A program made the translations under genes and the position numbers. A stretch of 64,000 nt of DNA, taken from contig JAHJNW010000067.1 in NCBI GenBank assembly GCA_018820665.1, positions 18,969 through 82,968 of the forward strand, written 5' to 3'. Positions within the stretch are counted from its first letter, which is position 1. Each line of letters starts with the position of its first letter. The stretch comes from Alphaproteobacteria bacterium (lineage in GTDB: Bacteria > Pseudomonadota > Alphaproteobacteria > Caulobacterales > Caulobacteraceae). The notes below the pieces were generated by a model. That model was given only the letters and a program-made list of their open reading frames with translations, was not told the DNA's origin and did no database searches. Positions 60,944 through 64,000 of the stretch are shown here, piece by piece.

Positions 60944-62266
60944 ATGACTCGACCTTTCTCCCTGCTTCTCACCCTCGCCGCCTGTCTCGCTGCGACCCCC
61001 GTACTGGCCGCCGCGCCGGAGACGGCCGCCCTGCTGGCCCACCAGGCCCCGCTGGAGCTGAACGAGGCGTCCTCGGCCTGGATCCTGACCTCGACGGCGC
61101 TGGTCCTGCTGATGACCCTGCCCGGTCTGGCCCTGTTCTACGGCGGCATGGTCCGACGCAAGAACGTCATCGCCACCATCGCCCATTCGACCGCCGCCTT
61201 CGCCATCGTCACCGTGCTGTGGTTCGCGGTCGGCTACAGCCTGTCGTTCGGCTCCAGCGGCCCGGCCACCAATGACTTCATCGGCGGGCTGCAGGCGGCC
61301 TTCCTCAATGGCGTGACCCCGTCGACGGCGCACAGCCTGGCGCCCGGCCTGCCCGAGTTCCTGTGGGTCGCCTATCAGCTGACCTTCGCCATCATCACCC
61401 CGGCCCTGATCGCCGGCGCCTTCGCCGAGCGGATCAAATTCTCGGCCTCGATCCTGTTCTTCTTCCTCTGGCACCTGCTGGTCTATGTGCCGATCTGCCA
61501 CCAGGTCTGGGGCGGCGGCTGGATGGGCTCGCTGGGCGTGCTCGACTTCGCCGGCGGCGCTGTGGTCCACGTCAACGCCGGGGTCGCCGGCCTCGTCGCC
61601 GCCCTCGTGCTGGGCCCGCGCCACGGCTTCGGCCGCGACAACATGGCCCCGCACAACCTGACCCTGACGGCCATCGGCGCCGGCCTGCTGCTGGTCGGCT
61701 GGCTCGGCTTCAACGCCGGCTCGGCCTGGGCCGCCGACGGCATCGCCGCCGTCGCCGCCTTCAACACCATCCTCGCCGCCGCCGCCGCGGCCATCGGCTG
61801 GACCGCCGTCGAGTGGATCGACCACAAGCGGCCGACCCTGCTGGGCCTGCTGTCCGGCGTCGTCGCCGGCCTGGTGGGCATCACCCCGGCCGCCGGCCTG
61901 GTCGACCCCAAGGGCGCCTTCCTGATCGGCGTCATCTCGGGGCCGGCCTGCTACGCCGGGGCCGTCTGGCTGAAGCGGGCGCTCAAATACGACGACAGCC
62001 TCGACGCCTTCGGCGTGCACGGCGTCGGCGGCATCGTCGGGGCCCTGCTCACCGGCGTCTTCGCCACCGCCGCCATCAACCCGGCGGGCGAGAACGCCAA
62101 TCTGCTCAACCAGGCCATCGGCCTGCTGGCGGTCATCGTCTGGAGCGGCGTCGGCACCTGGCTGATCCTGATGGTGTGCAAATTCACCACCGGCCTGCGG
62201 GTCGAGAAGGAGGCCGAGATCGAGGGCCTCGACTACACCCAGCACGGCGAAACCATCCACCCATAG
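60944..62266 (+). CDS. amtB: Ammonium transporter
   Basis: PGLALFYGG, QLTFAIITPAL, DFAGGAVVH, GWLGFNAGS, DDSLDAFGVHG, EIEGLD..HGE. Confidence 0.96.
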   Translation: MTRPFSLLLTLAACLAATPVLAAAPETAALLAHQAPLELNEASSAWILTSTALVLLMTLPGLALFYGGMVRRKNVIATIAHSTAAFAIVTVLWFAVGYSLSFGSSGPATNDFIGGLQAAFLNGVTPSTAHSLAPGLPEFLWVAYQLTFAIITPALIAGAFAERIKFSASILFFFLWHLLVYVPICHQVWGGGWMGSLGVLDFAGGAVVHVNAGVAGLVAALVLGPRHGFGRDNMAPHNLTLTAIGAGLLLVGWLGFNAGSAWAADGIAAVAAFNTILAAAAAAIGWTAVEWIDHKRPTLLGLLSGVVAGLVGITPAAGLVDPKGAFLIGVISGPACYAGAVWLKRALKYDDSLDAFGVHGVGGIVGALLTGVFATAAINPAGENANLLNQAIGLLAVIVWSGVGTWLILMVCKFTTGLRVEKEAEIEGLDYTQHGETIHP

Positions 62267-62268
62267 AA

Positions 62269-62298
62269 AACGGGCGTCCGCGGCTGCGGACGCCCGTT
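62269..62298. terminator. Hairpin terminator between the convergent amtB and cytochrome c genes
   Basis: Perfect 13-bp inverted repeat AACGGGCGTCCGC-ggct-GCGGACGCCCGTT; preceding A run gives a U tail on the - strand. Confidence 0.8.
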
Positions 62299-62322
62299 CC
62301 GTCTATCGTTGGCCCCAGGGGC

Positions 62323-63063
62323 TCAGCGGGCGTTGGTCGTCTCGGCGGAGTCCGCGGCCGGCTGGGCCGGCATGGTCTGCTGCGTCGTCGGCTGTTCGGC
62401 CACGCCGGTAGCCGGGGCGGCGGTCGCGGCGGCGCTGTCGGTCGCAACGGTGCCTTCGACAGCCTCGCCCTCGGCAGCGCCCTCGGCCGGGGCGGCGCCC
62501 GGCTGACGCGTGGGGTCCGGAGCGGGAATGGCGAAACCGGTAGAGCCCTGCGAGCGCAGCCAGGCGATCAGATTGACGCGGGTCTGGGTGTCGCGGATGC
62601 CGGCGAACGACATCTTGGTGCCCGGGATGTGGCGGCCCGGCGCGGTCAGGAACTGGTCCAGCTCGTCATAGGTCCAGGTCGGGGCCTCGGCCTTGTGCGC
62701 GGTGAAGGCGTCGGAATAGGCGAAGCCCGCCGCATGCATGACCGGCCCGCCGACCACGCCGTAGAGGTTGGGTCCGGTGCCGTTGGGGCCGCCGGCCGTG
62801 ACCGTGTGGCAGGCCTGGCAGCGCGCGAAGGCGGCCTCGCCCGCGCCCAGGTCGGCGGTCGGCAGGACCGTGCCCCAGTCGGGGGCCAGTTCGACCTCGG
62901 CGGCGCCGCCGGCGGCCTCTTCCGGCGCGTCGACGAAATAGCCCATCTTTTCAGGGGCTTCCGTGTGATAAATGGCCGCCGTGACCTGCTGCACCCCGAC
63001 TATGACGAAGCCGGTCGCCAGCACGGCGCCCATGATCTTGTTCCACTTCAGGTCGCCGCTCAT
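62323..63063 (-). CDS. cycM: Membrane-anchored cytochrome c (CycM-like)
   Basis: N-terminal TM; CQACH, GPNLYGVVG, PGTKMSFAG; divergent from kdsB. Confidence 0.88.
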   Translation of the reverse strand: MSGDLKWNKIMGAVLATGFVIVGVQQVTAAIYHTEAPEKMGYFVDAPEEAAGGAAEVELAPDWGTVLPTADLGAGEAAFARCQACHTVTAGGPNGTGPNLYGVVGGPVMHAAGFAYSDAFTAHKAEAPTWTYDELDQFLTAPGRHIPGTKMSFAGIRDTQTRVNLIAWLRSQGSTGFAIPAPDPTRQPGAAPAEGAAEGEAVEGTVATDSAAATAAPATGVAEQPTTQQTMPAQPAADSAETTNAR

Positions 63064-63211
63064 GCGCGTGGTCGCATCCCGTTCTTGAGGCCCGGCCGCG
63101 AGGGCGGTTGGGCGGATTCTTGCGTGGGCGTCTCTTACACGCTAGCGCGACCTTCGCAACTGGCCCGCGACGTCCGCAAGGCGTCGGGGCGTCGCAGGCA
63201 GGAAGGCCCCG

Positions 63212-63940
63212 ATGAACCCGCTCGTCCTGATCCCCGCGCGGATGGCCGCCGCCCGCCTGCCCGGCAAGCCCCTCGCCGACATCGGCGGCCAGCCGATGAT
63301 CGTCCGCGCCTGGCGTCAGGCCATGGAATCCGGCCTGCCCGTCGCCGTCGCCGCCGGCGATCCCGAGATCGTCGCCGCCGTCGAGGGCGCCGGCGGCGTC
63401 GCCGTCCTGACCGACCCCGACCTGCCCTCCGGCTCGGACCGCATCCGCGCCGCCCTCGACGCCCTCGACCCCGAGGGCCGGCACGACGCGGTCATCAACC
63501 TGCAGGGCGACATGCCGTTCGCCGACCCGGGCCTCGCCGTGGCCTGCGCCGCCCTGCTGCACGGCGAGCCGGCCTGCGACATCGCCACCCTGGTCGCGCC
63601 CGAGGCCGCCCCCGCCGACCGGTCCAACCCCGACGTGGTCAAGGCCGTCCTCGCCCTGCCGGAGGGGGAGCGCCACGGCCGCGCCCTCTATTTCACCCGC
63701 TCCACCCTGTACGGCGACGGCCCGGTCTGGCGCCACGTGGGCCTGTACGGCTACCGCCGCGCCGCCCTCGAACGCTTCTGCGCCGCCCCGCCCTCGCCGC
63801 TGGAACGCCGCGAAAAGCTCGAACAGCTCCGCGCCCTCGAAATGGGCCTGCAGATCTGGGCCGCCGTCATCGACGAGGCCCCGCTGTCGGTGGACAGTCC
63901 GGCGGATCTGGAAGCGGCGCGGGCGCTGGCGAGGGATTAG
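63212..63940 (+). CDS. kdsB: 3-deoxy-manno-octulosonate cytidylyltransferase
   Basis: LIPARMAAARLPGKPL, SGSDR, NLQGD, ALYFTR, HVGLYGY, EKLEQLRALE. Confidence 0.95.
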   Translation: MNPLVLIPARMAAARLPGKPLADIGGQPMIVRAWRQAMESGLPVAVAAGDPEIVAAVEGAGGVAVLTDPDLPSGSDRIRAALDALDPEGRHDAVINLQGDMPFADPGLAVACAALLHGEPACDIATLVAPEAAPADRSNPDVVKAVLALPEGERHGRALYFTRSTLYGDGPVWRHVGLYGYRRAALERFCAAPPSPLERREKLEQLRALEMGLQIWAAVIDEAPLSVDSPADLEAARALARD

Positions 63941-63990
63941 GGATGAGGGATTAGGGATGAGGGATGAGGGATGAGGGATGAGGGATTAGG
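63932..63990 (+). repeat. Heptamer tandem repeat (AGGGAT[T/G]) x8
   Basis: agggatt agggatg agggatt agggatg agggatg agggatg agggatg agggatt agg; overlaps the kdsB stop codon. Confidence 0.92.
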
Positions 63991-64000
63991 AGGCGGCTGC

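Noticed and set aside
61363-63954. 863-aa Arg/Pro-rich ORF
   Set aside because: Off-frame run across amtB, cycM and kdsB, a typical high-GC artefact.
63932-63990. CRISPR array or telomere-like end
   Set aside because: 7-bp units with no spacers and no cas genes; unique sequence resumes after the array.

Overview
High-GC alphaproteobacterial chromosome segment; gene content and order (cycM-kdsB, gluP/GH13/GH97, uronate TRAP cluster) point to Caulobacteraceae, probably Brevundimonas-like (inference). Layout: (1) 1-8.3 kb: 5' end of a sorbosone dehydrogenase gene, a DUF2231-like gene, and a LacI-controlled pectin/uronate cluster (pectate lyase, FAH-family hydratase, TRAP transporter, KdgK). (2) ~8.3-40.3 kb: a lower-GC Wzx/Wzy-type capsule/EPS locus with galE, rmlABCD, rfbFGH, glycosyl-, acetyl- and methyltransferases, Wzx, Wzy, priming transferase, PHP phosphatase, Wza, Wzc, a tailspike-like beta-helix protein and an O-antigen-ligase-like protein. 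It also encodes what looks like a long-chain branched-sugar pathway (YerE-like ThDP enzyme, DmpF/DmpG, HpcH aldolase, two SDRs). (3) 40.4-51 kb: legionaminic-acid-type operon and a ManC-AGE fusion. (4) 51-64 kb: S8 protease, permuted papain-like protein, maltose/glucose genes, UDP-GlcA epimerase, AmtB, cytochrome c, KdsB and a terminal heptamer repeat. The most intriguing unexplained element is a pair of paralogous 75-76 aa exported microproteins (signal peptide, Ser/Ala linker, PLP motif plus TM helix, acidic tail). One sits in the wzc-TPR-[microprotein]-ligase unit and the other directly upstream of a PDZ-M48 lipoprotein peptidase. Together they suggest an undescribed protein-carrier/sorting system for surface glycan. 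No rRNA, tRNA, CRISPR, integrase or transposase was recognised. All family calls come from motif recognition by eye, not database searches.
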